Part shown: piece by piece, positions 38,980 to 51,864 of the stretch
Layout: every line of letters starts with the position of its first letter
Position numbering within the stretch: the first letter of the stretch is position 1
Assembly (NCBI GenBank): GCA_964036045.1
Contig: OZ038378.1
Span: 71,052,001 to 71,116,000 of the forward strand
Length of the DNA: 64,000 nt
Source of the DNA: Eutreptiella sp. 'Long Island Sound 2002'
Lineage: Eukaryota > Protista > Euglenida
Direction of reading: 5' to 3'
Notes under the pieces: generated by a model
Databases searched by the model: none
The model's input: only the letters and a program-made list of their open reading frames with translations
Told to the model about the DNA's origin: nothing
Program-made: the position numbers and the translations under genes

Positions 38980-41772
38980 TTGACATATTCAACAACCTTC
39001 GAAGACGGAGTCGGGATCGCGTTTCCATTCCTCGTCACATATATTTGTTTGACCTTTTCGGAGTATTCCTTGGAAGTTTGGTACCATTCGGGCGCGTTCC
39101 TCTGGTCATTTGGTTGGTGTATGTAAAAGCATTTGTAATTGCTGATGAGGTCCTTGAGCCTTTCATACGCTTGGTGTACCTATGTCGCAGAGAACATTTG
39201 CTTGGCATTGACCTCAAGGTTGCAATGGGAGTAATGGACATCATCCTCATCCATTCCCAAGGTCCAAGGTTTCTTGTGAAAGAAATATTGGCGATGGGCT
39301 TTTTGGAGGCTGCTTCGTTTGCGGTCATACATCAACTCATTTTTTGTATCCGACTTGAGGAAAACATAATCATTTTACCCTCAACTTTTATGAGTTGATT
39401 GAGCATTGATGTTGGTTTTTGCTTTTGAAGCCTGAGGTTGGCGGCATCGTTGTCGGAGAGAGTTTGCTTTGCAAGAGAGGTCACTTTGCACCAAAACATT
39501 GTGATAATTGGTGATAGTTGATGATCCACGTGAAAGCAATGATTGGAAAGAAGTGGATAGAAAGACCCAGCAAGTAAAGTAGATTTGAGGACGGTTATCA
39601 AAAAGGGGGCAACGATGGATCCCAGATAGACAGAACGGATGAATTCAACAGGTTTTTGAACAGGACGCCCGGAATTCGACAAATCTGGACGATTGTTATT
39701 CGATTTGTCTTTACTGCATTTTACAAATGTTGAATTTCAAAACAAAATTAGACACTCAGAAAGTGTTGGCCTGCTATTGGCTCTGTTGGGCTGCGCCGTG
39801 CCTCGCCAATCCTAGTGGAGAGCCCTTTGGGTGCTGTTACCCGCCATTCCTGGCTCGGGCCTGCTGTTGGCCTTCCTGGGCGGGGTGGTCCCTCGCCAAT
39901 CCTGGCGGAATATTCTGTGGGTGGTGTTCCCCGCCAATCCCGGCTAGGGCCTGCTGCTGGCTTTGGTGGGCTGGGTGGTCCCTTGCCAATGCTGACAGAG
40001 GGCCCTTTGGGCACTGTTGCCGGACATTCTTGGCTGGGGCCTGCTGCTGGTCTTGGTGGGGTGGGTTGTCCATCGCGGATCCTGGCAGAGGGCTGTGTGG
40101 GTGCGGGTCGCAGCGATTCCTGGCTGCTGCCTGCTGTTGGTCTTCCCGGGCTGGGTGGTCCCTCGCCAATCCTGGCAGAAGTTTCTGTGGGTGGTGTTCC
40201 CCGCCAATCCTGGCTAGGGCCTGCTGCTGGCTTTGGTGGGCTGGGTAGTACCTTGCCAATGGTGACAGAGGTCCCTTTGGGCAGTGTTGCCAGACATTCT
40301 TGGCTGGGGCTTGCTGCTGGCCTTGGTGGGGTTGGTTGTCCATCGCCGATCCTGGCAGAGGGCTGTGTGGGTGCAGGTCGCAGCGATTCCTGGCTGTTGC
40401 CTGCTGTTGGCTCTGCTGGAAGGAAGGCAAGCAAAACAACCAGAGAAGGGCGACCCCAGCTCAGAGGGCGCCGAGCAAAGCAGGAGGACAAAACCGCCAA
40501 AGGAAGGGTGAGCGCACAAGAACGCGCCAGGGAGACCGGCTCGCCAGACCCGGCCAGTAACAGCGAGCACACGCACACACGCACGGGACCGGGGTGTGGC
40601 ATTCTCCGACCTGAAAGGAGAGGTGTCTGCGTCGACACAAAACAGCCCTGGTGCACCGGCCCAGCCCCCTGTCAAAGACGGACAGTACGGAAAACTGAAC
40701 ATGTGACTGACCGGGTCCACACATGCGGATCCACCGCAGCGCACGCAGCGCAAGACAGATTGACATATCCAACAACCTCCCAAGATGGAGGCGGGATCGC
40801 GTTTCCATTCCTTGTCACATATATTTGTTTGACCTTTTCGGAGTATTCCTCGGAGGTGTGGTACCGTTGGGGCGCATTCTTCCGGTCATTTGGTTGGTGT
40901 ATGTAAAAGCTTTTGTAATTGCTGCTGAGGTCCTTGAGCCTTTCATACGGTTGATGTACCTTTGTCAAAAAGAACATTTGCTTCGCATTGACCTCAACGT
41001 TGCGATGGGAGTAATGGACATTGTCCTCATCCATTCCCAAGGTCCAAGGTTTCTTGTGAAACAAATATTGGCGTTGATTTTTTTGGAGGCTGCTTTGTTT
41101 GCGGTCATACATCAACTCATTTTTTGTATCGGACTTGAAGAAAACATAATCAATTTACCCTTAACTTTTATGAGTTGATTGAGCATTGATGTTAGTTTTT
41201 GCTTTGAAAGCCTGAGGTTGCCGGCATTGTTGTCGGAGAGAGTTTGCTTTGCAAGAGAGGTCGCTTTGGACCAAAACATCCACGTGAAAGCAATGATTGG
41301 ACAGGAGTGGATAGAAAGACCAAGCAAGTAAGGTAGATTTGAGGACGGATATCAAGAAGGGGGCAACGATGGATCCCAAATAGACAGAACAGATGAATTG
41401 GACAGGCTTTTTGAACAGGACGCCCGCAATTCGACAAATCTGGACGATTCGTATTTAATTTGTCTTTACTGCATTTTACAAGTGCTGAATTTGAGAAAGA
41501 GATAGACACTCAGAAGGTGTGGGCCTGCTATTGGCTCTGCCGGGCTCAGCCGTCCCTCGCCAATCCTAGTGGAGGGCCCTTTGGGTGCTGTTCCTCGCCG
41601 TTCCTGGCTCGGGCCTGCTGTTGGCCGTCCTGGGCGGGGTGGTCCCTCGCCAATCTTGGCGGAATGTTCTGTGGGTGGTGTTCCCCGCCAATCCTGGCTA
41701 GGGCCTGCTGCTGGCTTTGGTGGGCTGGGTTGTCCCTTCCCAATGCTGACAGAGCTGACAGACATTCTTGGC
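38980..41772. repeat. Direct duplication with about 1780-bp period (unknown minus-strand ORF remnant + leader + family A array)
   Basis: GACATAT(T/C)CAACAACCT...GGGATCGCGTTTCCATTCC at about 38982 and 40762; homology continues through TACTGCATTTTACAA into the 90-bp array. Roughly 10% diverged by eye. Confidence 0.88.
39790..40420 (+). repeat. Family A satellite: 90-bp monomers in a 270-bp higher-order repeat
   Basis: Core recurs at 39841, 39931, 40021, 40111, 40201, 40291 and 40381; units three apart are most similar. Confidence 0.93.
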
Positions 41773-42539
41773 TAGATTTTGGCAAGGTATTTCAAGTTAG
41801 AAAGGCAAGAATTCACAGCGGTAGCAGACGCAGGAGAACATCGTGCTCAGTTGCATCTAAGGACAAGTACGGCGGCAGATGATGTCGGAGGTGGCCTTGC
41901 GGGAGTCGTTTGCCTGTCTTGACTCCCATGATGCTGAATTGTCTCCCCCGACACCTACGGACGCTATGGCATTCATGATGAATGTCCAGCATTTCCTGAA
42001 TAAATAGGATGCAGGTGATGAGTGTGTGACACACAACCCAATCCCTACAGTGGAAGCTGAAAGTACCCCAGGATCGGGGTAAAAGCCAGTCAAATGAAAT
42101 CATTTTGGGGAAAACTCAAGGATACTGTCTGCTGTGGATCGTGTTTCAGACCTTATGTAGTCTCTATACATAGCAACCACCCAATAGTTGTTCCACCAAC
42201 AAATATAGCTAACAACAAAGAGACGGGGCCACTCCATCAACCCTTTAGTGCTTTATATAATCCTTAGGGGTGCCTTCAAGGAACAGATCAGGCCCCTATA
42301 GTTAGAAGGTAGCCAATCCCCAACTCTGCCTCAACTAATCTGTCCAATCTAGTTGAAACATTTATGCGATGACAAATCAAAATGGAAGTGCACACACAAC
42401 AAATGAAAGACCAAAACCACATTGCTGACCTCCAATTCCCCAAATGGGAGAGAAACTGGAGGCTCCAGGTCGGGCACACTCAGATCCGAGCACAGCGAGA
42501 TCACACGTTGCGGTTTGGATCCCATTTTTAGACTCTGAG

Positions 42540-43370
42540 CCCGCCCCGGCCAGGAATGGCGCGAACGGCAACCACCGCATCCTGCGCGAGGATTGGTGAG
42601 GGATGAGCCGCACCACCACAGCCAGCAGCAGGACCCAGCAAGGAAATGTGGGGAACCCCACCCACAGGGTGCTCTGCCAGGATTCGCGAGGGACCACTTG
42701 CCCTAGCATATTTAGCAGCGGGCCCTGGCCAGAAATGGCGGGGAACCGCACCCACAGGGCCTTCCGCCAGGCTAGGCGAGGGACCAACCGGACCACCAGA
42801 GCCAGGAGCAGGCTCGAGCCAGGAATGGCGGAGAACAGCAGCCACAGGGCCCCCGACCAGCATTGGCGAGGGACCACGCAACTCACCAGAGCGAGCAGCA
42901 CTCCCCAACCAGGATAGGCGGGGCCCAGCAGTAACAGAGCCCTCCGCCAGGATAGTCAAGGGACCACCCAGACCAGCAGAGCCAACAGCAGGCACCAGCC
43001 AGGAATGGCCGCGACCTGCACTCACACGGCCCTCAGCCAGGATCGGCGATGGACCAGCCCCCCCATCAAAGCCAGTGGCAGGCCCCAGGCACGGATGGCG
43101 GCCCACAGTGCGCAAAAGGCCCTCCCTCAGCATTACCAAGGGACCATCCAGCCAACCAAAGCGAGCAGCAGGCCCCAGGCAGCATTGGCTGAAACCACCA
43201 CCCACAGAACCCTCCGCAAGGATTCGCGAGGGACCACCCAGCCAACCAAAGCGGGCAGCAGGCCCCAGCCAGCAATGGCAGGGAAAAGCACCGAAAGGGC
43301 GCTCCACTAAGGTTGGCGGGTGTCAACCCAGCCCGACAAAGCCAACAGCAGGACCACACTTTCTGAGGGT
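42540..43370 (-). repeat. Family A 90-bp array (mirror copy at 47330-48160 on plus)
   Basis: About 9 units with 30-codon periodicity (xxHSWLGPAAxxGGxGGPSPILAEG when translated). Confidence 0.9.
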
Positions 43371-43909
43371 CTTTTTTTGTTTCAAATTCAGCATTTGTAA
43401 AATGCAGTAGGTAGGTAGGTAGGTGCACTCGGTCGTGCAGAGGCGCCCATGGTTCCCCCTGGTGTCATTCCTGTGACGTAGGAGGAGGCTCGTCGCATGA
43501 GGAGGGGAGGCGGATTACCTCCCGCTACACCTCACTGGTGGCGCCGAACAAAGCGGCCCCGGGCAACGGCAGGAGGGCTCATCGTCGCCGGCCTGACAAA
43601 TGTGTCATGCGGGGAGGGCCTGCCCCCCTGCTTGCGCACGTCCCCTGCTTTGTGCCGAATCCTAGGAGTTCAAAGGACTTCCCGGCGTAGCCCGTTCCCA
43701 AGGCATGCCAGCGGGGTGGTCTTGGTATTTGGGTTCCGAGGTGCTTTGGTGTCGCACAATCCGCCTGGACCCCCAAAGGCGCGCAGGCTTTAGTATGCAG
43801 CCTTACTCCCGGGCTCGGGGTCACCTTTGGCTTTGTCACCTGCATGGCCCAGGCTGCCTCAGTCCAAGGGCTATGGACACTTGGTTTCCCACTGTTGTGT
43901 GGCACTTAT

Positions 43910-46790
43910 GTTTGGGTTTGGGTTTCGCGGTAACCCCGCCAATCCTCGCTGGGGTCTAGGGTCTGTGTGCTTAGTTACGGGTTTTTGCTTCGCCCCGCCA
44001 CTCATGGCTAGCATTTGTGGGTGGTTTGTTTGGGCTTAGTTGTTGCCGTCACCCTGCCAATGCTGGCTCGGGGGTTGGAGTGTGTGTGCTTGTACACGCG
44101 CTCCACCAGTACGCTGCCATTCCTGGCCGGGGTCTGTGGTGCGTATGTTCGGGCAAGGTTTTTGGGCTTTACCCCGCCCATTGTGGCTGGGGTGTGGGGT
44201 GTGGGTGTGTGCGTCTTGGCTTGGGTTTTTGCTACACCCCGCCAATGCTGTCTGGGGTGTTGGGGTGTGTGTGGTAGTTTGCGCGGTCTGCTTGCACCCT
44301 GCCATTCCTGGCTCGGTCGTGCGGTCTGGGTGTGTGTGCTTGGGTTGGGGTTTTGGCTGCGCCCCGCCATTCCTGCCTGGGGTGTTCGGCTGTGTGTGTT
44401 TGTGTGCGGGCTGCGCCTGTAACTCGTCAATCCTGGTTTGGGTTTGTGGTGCGTGTGTGTCGGTGTTGGTTTTGGCCTTCGGACCTGGAATCCTGGCTGG
44501 GTTGTAGGAGAGTGTGTATTTTTGTGCGCGCTCCGCCTGTACCCCGCCAGTCCCGGCTGGGGTGTGCGGTGTGGGTGTGTGTGGTTCGGTCCGGGATTTG
44601 GCTGCGTCCCGCCATTCCTGGCTGGGGGGTTCCGGTTTGTGTTTATGTTTGCGCGCTCCGCCTATACCCCGTGAGTACTGGTTGAGTTTTGTGCTGTGTG
44701 TGTGTTGGTACGCGTTTTGGCTTTCACCCCGCCAATCCTGGCGGTGGTGTTGGGCTGTGTGTGTTTCTGTGCGCCCTCTGCTTGTAACCCACCAAACCTG
44801 GCCGGTGTGTGCCATGTGGCTGTGAGTGAGAGGGTTCGGGGCTCGGCTGTGCTGCGCCATTCCTGGATGGCGTGTTGGGGTGTTTCTTTTTGTGTGCACG
44901 CTCTGCCTGTACCCCGCCAATACTGGCTGAGTTTCGTGGTGCGTGTTTTTTGGTTGAGGTTTTGGCTTTCACCGCCAATCCTGGCTGGGGTGTTGGGGTG
45001 TGTGTGTTTGTGCGCGGGCTCAGCCTGTACCCCGACAGTCAGCAGGCAGCATGAGCCTGGTTCTTGGCTGGCCTCCAAGTGCCCCGCGCACCCCCCCGGT
45101 AAATCCAGGGGCGAATGCCACCGGTAGGGGAAGGAACCACGGCGACGGGAAAGCCGACCGGAGCACCGAGAGCAACCAAACCAGACGGGGCCCGACGCAC
45201 CACGCGGGATCACGAGGCACGCTGCCGGCCACAACCACGGCACACGGACAGGTGCCAAGCAACAACGTCCACCGGGTGCCGCAAACCTGGGAAGCGCGCA
45301 AAATACGCAATGAACTACGGCACGGGAAAAGGTGCCAGGCAACACTCAACCGTCAAGAACAACAAACCTCAGCCAGGAATGGCGGGGCGCAGCCAAATCC
45401 CCAACCAAAACACACACACCCATACCGCACACCCGAGCCAAGAATGGCAGGCTACAGGTGGACCGCACACACAAACACACATGCCCCAACACCCCAGCCA
45501 GGATTGGCTTGGTGAAATCCAAAACCGGAACCGACACATACGCACCACTAACCTCAGCCGGGATTGGCGGGGTACAGGCAGAGCGTGCACACAAACACAC
45601 ACACCCCAACACTCCCGCCAGTAATGGCGCGTTGCAACCAAAACCCGCACCCAAGCACCCACACCCACACTGCACATCCGTGCCAGGACTGTCGGGGTAC
45701 AGGCTGAGCGCGCGCACAAACACACACACCCCAACACCCCAGCCAGGATTGGCGGTGAAAGCCAAAACCTCAACCAAAAAACACGCACCACGAAACTCAG
45801 CCAGTATTGGCGGGGTACACCCCAACACGCCATCCAGGAATGGCGCAGCACAGCCGAGCCCCGAACCCACTCACTCACAGCCACATGGCACACAGCGGCC
45901 AAGTTTGGTGGGTTACAAGCAGAGGGCGCACAGAAACACACACAGCCCAACACCACCGCCAGGATTGGCGGGGTGAAAGCCAAGACGCGTACCAACACAC
46001 ACACAGCACAAAACTCAACCAGTACTCACGGGGTATAGGCGGAGCGCGCAAACACAAACACAAACCGGAACCCCCAAGCCAGGAATGGCGGGACGCAGCC
46101 AAATCCCGGACCAAAGCACACACAGCCACACCGCACACCCCAGCCGGGACTGGCGGGGTACAGGCGGAGCGCGCACAAAAATACACACTCTCCTACACCC
46201 CAGCCAGGATCCCAGGTCCGAAGGCCAAACCCAACACCGACACACACGCACCACAAACCCAAACCAGGATTGACGAGTTACAGGCGCAGCCCGCACACAA
46301 ACACACACAGCCGAACACCCCAGGCAGGAATGGCGGGGCGCAGCCAAAACCCCAACCCAAGCACACACACCCAGACCGCACGACCGAGCCAGGAATGGCA
46401 GGGTGCAAGCAGACCGCGCAAACTACCACACACGGCCCAACACCCCAGCCAGGATTGGCGGGGTGTAGCAAAAACCCAAGCCCAGACGCACACACCCACA
46501 CCCCACACCCCAGCCACAATGGGCGGGGTAAAGCCCAAAAACCTTGCCCGAACATACGCACCACAGACCCCGGCCAGGAATGGCAGCGTACTGGTGGAGC
46601 GCGTGTACAAGCACACACACTCCAACCCCCGAGCCAGCATTGGCAGGGTGACGGCAACAACTAAGCCCAAACAAACCACCCACAAATGCTAGCCATGAGT
46701 GGCGGGGCGAAGCCAAAACCCGTATCTAAGCACACAGACCCTAGACCCCAGCAAGGATTGGCGGGGTTACCGCGAAACCCAAACCCAAAC
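43910..46790. repeat. Family B satellite: about 60-65 bp units with CCCGCCA(A/T)TCCTGGCTGGGG core and (GT)n/(AC)n linkers; inverted arrays 43910-45040 and 45367-46790
   Basis: Cores at about 44362, 44422, 44483, 44542, 44607 etc.; orientation flips across the inverted-repeat centre. Confidence 0.88.
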
Positions 46791-49700
46791 ATAAGTGCCA
46801 CACAACAGTGGGAAACCAAGTGTCCATAGCCCTTGGAGTGAGGCAGCCTGGGCCATGCAGGTGACAAAGCCAAAGGTGACCCGGAGCCCGGGAGTAAGGC
46901 TGCATACTAAAGCCTGCGCGCCTTTGGGGGTCCAGGCGGATTGTGCGACACCAAAGCAGCTCGGAACCCAAATACCAAGACCACCCCGCTGGCATGCCTC
47001 GGGAACGGGCTACGCCGGGAAGTCCTTTGAACTCCTAGGATTCAGCACAAAGCAGGGGACGTGCGCAAGCAGGGGGGCAGGCCCTCCCCGCATGACACAT
47101 TTGTCAGGCCGGCGACGATGAGCCCTCCTGCCGTTGCCCGGGGCCGCTTTGTTCGGCGCCACCAGTGAGGTGTAGCGGGAGGTAATCCGCCTCACCTCCT
47201 CATGCGCGGAGCCTCCTCCTACGTCACAGGAATGACACCAGGGGGAACCATGGACGCCTCTGCACGACCGAGTGCACCTACGTACCTACCTACTGCATTT
47301 TACAAATGCTGAGTTTGGAACAAAAAAAGACCCTCAGAAAGTGTGGTCCTGCTGTTGGCTTTGTCGGGCTGGGTTGACACCCGCCAACCTTAGTGGAGGG
47401 CCCTTTGGGTGCTTTTCCCTGCCATTGCTGGCTGGGGCCTGCTGCCCGCTTTGGTTGGCTGGGTGGTCCCTCGCGAATCCTTGCGGAGGGTTCTGTGGGT
47501 GGTGGTTTCAGCCAATGCTGCCTGGGGCCTGCTGCTCGCTTTGGTTGGCTGGATGGTCCCTTGGTAATGCTGAGGGAGGGCCCTTTGCGCACTGTGGGCC
47601 GCCATCCGTGCCTGGGGCCTGCCACTGGCTTTGATGGGGGGGCTGGTCCATCGCCGATCCTGTCTGAGGGCCGTGTGCGTGCAGGTCGCGGCCATTCCTG
47701 GCTGGTGCCTGCTGTTGGCTCTGCTGGTCTAGGTGGTCCCTTGACTATCCTGGCGGAGGGCTCTGTTACTGCTGGGCCCCGCGTATCCTGGTTGGGGAGT
47801 GCTGCTCGCTCTGGTGAGTTGCGTGGTCCCTCGCCAATGCTGGTCGGGGGCCCTGTGGCTGCTGTTCTCCGCCATTCCTGGCTCGAGCCTGCTCCTGGCT
47901 CTGGTGGTCCGGTTGGTCCCTCGCCTAGCCTGGCGGAAGGCCCTGTGGGTGCGGTTCCCCGCCATTTCTGGCCAGGGCCCGCTGCTAAATATGCTAGGGC
48001 AAGTGGTCCCTCGCGAATCCTGGCAGAGCACCCTGTGGGTGGGGTTCCCCACATTTCCTTGCTGGGTCCTGCTGCAGGCTGTGGTGGCGCGGGTCATCCC
48101 TCACCAATCCTCGCGCAGGATGCGGTGGTTGCCGTTCGCGCCATTCCTGGCCGGGGCGGGCTCAGAGTCTAAAAATGGGATCCAAACCGCAACGTGTGAT
48201 CTCGCTGTGCTCCGATCTGAGTGTGCCCGACCTGGAGCCTCCAGTTTCTCTCACATTTGGGGAATTGGAGGTCAGCAATGTGGTTTTGGTCTTTCATTTG
48301 TTGTGTGTGCACTTCCATTTTGATTTGTCATCGCATAAATGTTTCAACTAGATTGGACAGATTAGTTGAGGCAGAGTTGGGGATTGGCTACCTTCTAACT
48401 ATAGGGGCCTGATCTGTTCCTTGAAGGCACCCCTAAGGATTATATAAAGCACTAAAGGGTTGATGGAGTGGCCCCGTCTCTTTGTTGTTACCTATCTTTG
48501 TTGGTGGAACAACTATTGGGTTGTTGTTATGTATAGAGACTACATAAGGTTTGAAACACGATCCACAGCAGACAGTATCCTTGAGTTCTCTCCAAAATGA
48601 TTTCATTTGACTGGCTTTTACCCCGATCCTGGGGTACTTTCAGCTTCCACTGTAGGGATTGGGTTGTGTGTCACACACTCATCACCTGCATCCTATTTAT
48701 TCAGGAAATGCTGGACATTCATCATGAATGCCATAGCGTCCGTAGGTGTCGGGGGAGACAATTCAGCATCATGGGAGTCAAGACAGGCAAACGACTCCCG
48801 CAAGGCCACCTCCGACATCATCCGCCGCCGTACTTGTCCTTAGATGCAACTGAGCACGATGTTCTCCTGCGTCTGCTACCGCTGTGAAATCTTGCCTTTC
48901 GAACTTGAAATACCTTCCCAAAATCTACTGTTTGTTCTCCTGCAGGCTTTAAACCAGAATATCCAGAACTCAGCCAAAAGCTTACCCAAGTGCAGCCAGA
49001 AGAATATCAATCATGTTGACATAAGAGTGACGGGGCTGCAGTAACAGAAACAGAGCTTAGTCACTGTATTTACATGCACAAAGATTATGCACACTTCATG
49101 CTGCTATGCGTCACCTGTGCACTTGTTCAACTGTGTGTTGCTTTACCTGTGACTCAATGTAATCCTCTGCAGGACTTCAGCTGCTCAGAACAGAATAGAA
49201 GCAATGCAGATCCTTGAAATGGTGCAAATTAGAAGGAAACCAATATCACAGATGGATTCCCTACCAAGAGAACAGGTAGAAACACATCCAGAATCACTCA
49301 AAACAATTTCTCTGTATTTTCTGTCCTCAAAATTCATAACTCAGCAACTCAGTAGGCACTGCCCATATCCAGCTCAGGGCTGGTCACGCGCGCACTCAGG
49401 CTGGTCACACACTCACACACCCACAAACACCATTTTAGGACAAAGATTGGTAAAATACAATATTATAGTCACAATGACGAGCATTTCATGCTGAATTCAA
49501 ATATGTGGAAAGGCTCTCCTCGAAGGCCTAAGCGAAACATTCAATTAACTGCTAGCGGAAATCCTCGAAAACAGATGCACTCCACCACTAGCCCAAAACG
49601 TGAAGAAAGATCGAACTTCGAAGGTCTCAAGATCGAGTTGATAAAGGCGGAACTCGCCACTCGTTTCACGGGTCATGGACGTGTCTCCACACGCAGAGTG

Positions 49701-50544
49701 GCCTCCCCAGACTGGAGGTGAATAAACCTGCTGCTCACTCGTGGTGCCCCGGGGGATTGTTATATCGATGCAGACAGCTAAGAGTGCGCCGGTTTCACTC
49801 TATGAACCAACACAACCTGGACATGTCATGACCGCAGGAAGTTGCCAAGTAGAAAAGGCAGTATTGTATCCAAGCTTATGTCCGTACCGGTGACTTTGTA
49901 TTTGGACATCACTTCAACATTCTTGAACTCCTGCAGGACGTGTGCTTTGACCACCATTGTTTCCAAGTTAGAACCCTAGCGTCAATCTCATGGAGGAGGA
50001 TACGCTAATGTGTGTCAAGGGAAAACCTCATATCAACCGTCGCTTGACGGTTCCAGAGCCTCTGCGCGGTTGCCGTTTTAACCAACTTCGAAGCTTATTT
50101 TGACACTGTCATCGAGTACTGCCAAAAATGCTCCAGTTGGAACACATGCATCAGCTGCAAAGGAACATCTGAATCTGACGCCAGCGGCGCACGGAAGGGG
50201 CAGACTTGATACAAACAATGATTGTGACTCAGAAGCCTGTCCGTCTGCCAGGGAGTTTAGCGTTGTGGAAATGGAATGCATATCGCTGCCAAAGCTTAGA
50301 CGACAGATCCGTTGAGCTGAACTCACAGGTGATCAACAATACCTATGCTGCATGCCTTGCCCTGCAGTGCTGGCTGACCAAACACATAGCATGCAACAAC
50401 AGAAGTGTGATGATCCCAATGGGTGTGATGAGGTTTGACAGAAACTACTGCACGAATACATTAATGGCAAATCTCTATGACTTGGAACAAGCTCATCTCG
50501 GACACTTCTTTCAACATCACACTGCACAACAGGAAATTTAAGCA

Positions 50545-51360
50545 TCACCATAGCCAACACCGCGGTCAACCGGACCAGCACAAGTGGAGCCTAAGCCAGC
50601 GGCTACGAGCCGCAGTGCAGGGCAAGCAATGCAGAGGACTGGAGGGGATGAGCCTCGCCCCCCCTCCCCCCCCCCAAAAGGAGGATGGGGAGGAGTCGAG
50701 GGGGACAGCATAGAAGGCGCAAAACCAACGTGAGCATAGACCCTGCACAAGGGAGGGGCGGCACACCAGCCGCGCAAGGCCAGCCACAAGGCTTGACGAC
50801 GGACCACCAACCCCACCAAAGCCAGCAGCAGGCCCCATCCAGGAGCGGCGGGGAACTGCAACCACAGGGCCCTCCGCCAAGACTGGCGAGGGACCACCCA
50901 GACCACCAATTCCAGCAGCAGGTCACAGCCAGGAAAGGCAGGGAGCGGCAACGACAGGACCCTCCGCAAGGATTGGCGAGTGACCACACGCCCCAGCAAA
51001 TCGAAAAGCAGGAACGAGCCAGGAGTTGCAGAGAACCGCACCCAGAGGGCCTTCCGCCAGGAGTGGCGAGGGACCACCAACTGCACGGAAGCTACAAGCA
51101 GGCCCCGGCCAAGAAGGGTGGGGAACAGGACCCATACGGCCCTCCCCCAGGAATGGCAAGGGACCACCCAGACCACCGAGGCAAGCAGCAGGGCGCGACG
51201 AGGAATGGCGGGGAAGGGCAACCAGCGCACCAACCACCAGGATTGGCGAGGGACCACCAACCGCACAGTAGCTAGCAGGAGGACCCAGACAGAAAAGGCG
51301 GGGAACCGCATACACAGGGCCCTCCGCCAGGTTTGGCGAGGGACAACCCGCCCCAGGAAA
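50545..51360 (-). repeat. Family A array (more diverged copy, different flank)
   Basis: GGCGAGGGACCACC...CAGCAGCAGG...CCAGGAATGGCGGG units, about 90-bp period. Confidence 0.85.
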
Positions 51361-51864
51361 GCCAGCAAAGAAAAGGAGAAGACAAAACACGCATCTCTGG
51401 TCGAAGTTTTGGAAGAACCTGTAGAATCTGACGAATATGTTGCGTTGCCATAGACAGTGAAGACCGATGACGTATTCTCAAAGGTTAAGTCAACTGGACG
51501 CACAAGGAAAGTCAAAGGATCCACCACGACGAACAAACTCAAGCGAACACCGTGTTGAAAGCCATGAGACGAAATATGCTTCGTCGGAAGCCAGCACCGG
51601 GAGCTGCTCAAAAAGCGTACTATGATCAATTAAGCACTCTCGTACCACCCGCTGAACCTTGGGCAAAGGGAACTTTTCAAGTGATTAAGCCACACCTGAT
51701 TGGTGGATGGGCTCAGACGATCGCGCTACCGTTGACGAACAAAGTCATGGTTGGGTCAACGATCGCGGTACGGTTGACGAACCAAGTCATTGAGGCGTGG
51801 AAAACCCGCGCAACAGGTATGACTCAACTGATTCTTCTCCCAGATTCTCTGGATACGAAAAAAC

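Larger units (their letters stand above)
41773..48927. repeat. Large inverted repeat: arms 41773-45040 and 45687-48927, 646-bp spacer
   Basis: Mirror ORF pairs have coordinates summing to 90700 (e.g. 42528-43307/47393-48172). A 27-bp indel shifts the inner sum to 90727. Arms are about 97-98% identical by eye. Confidence 0.97.

Noticed and set aside
39790-46790. Leader followed by regularly spaced repeats, superficially CRISPR-like
   Set aside because: The 'spacers' are homologous to one another (satellite monomers), there are no cas genes, and the context is eukaryotic TE sequence.
41773-48927. Inverted repeat as a TA-flanked foldback transposon
   Set aside because: TA occurs at both ends, but the flanks do not rejoin (the left is mid family A unit, the right is unrelated) and no transposase is present.
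39748-51629. Long ORFs (200-363 aa) over families A and B
   Set aside because: They are open in several frames and both strands because of GC-rich periodic sequence; no start context or domain evidence.
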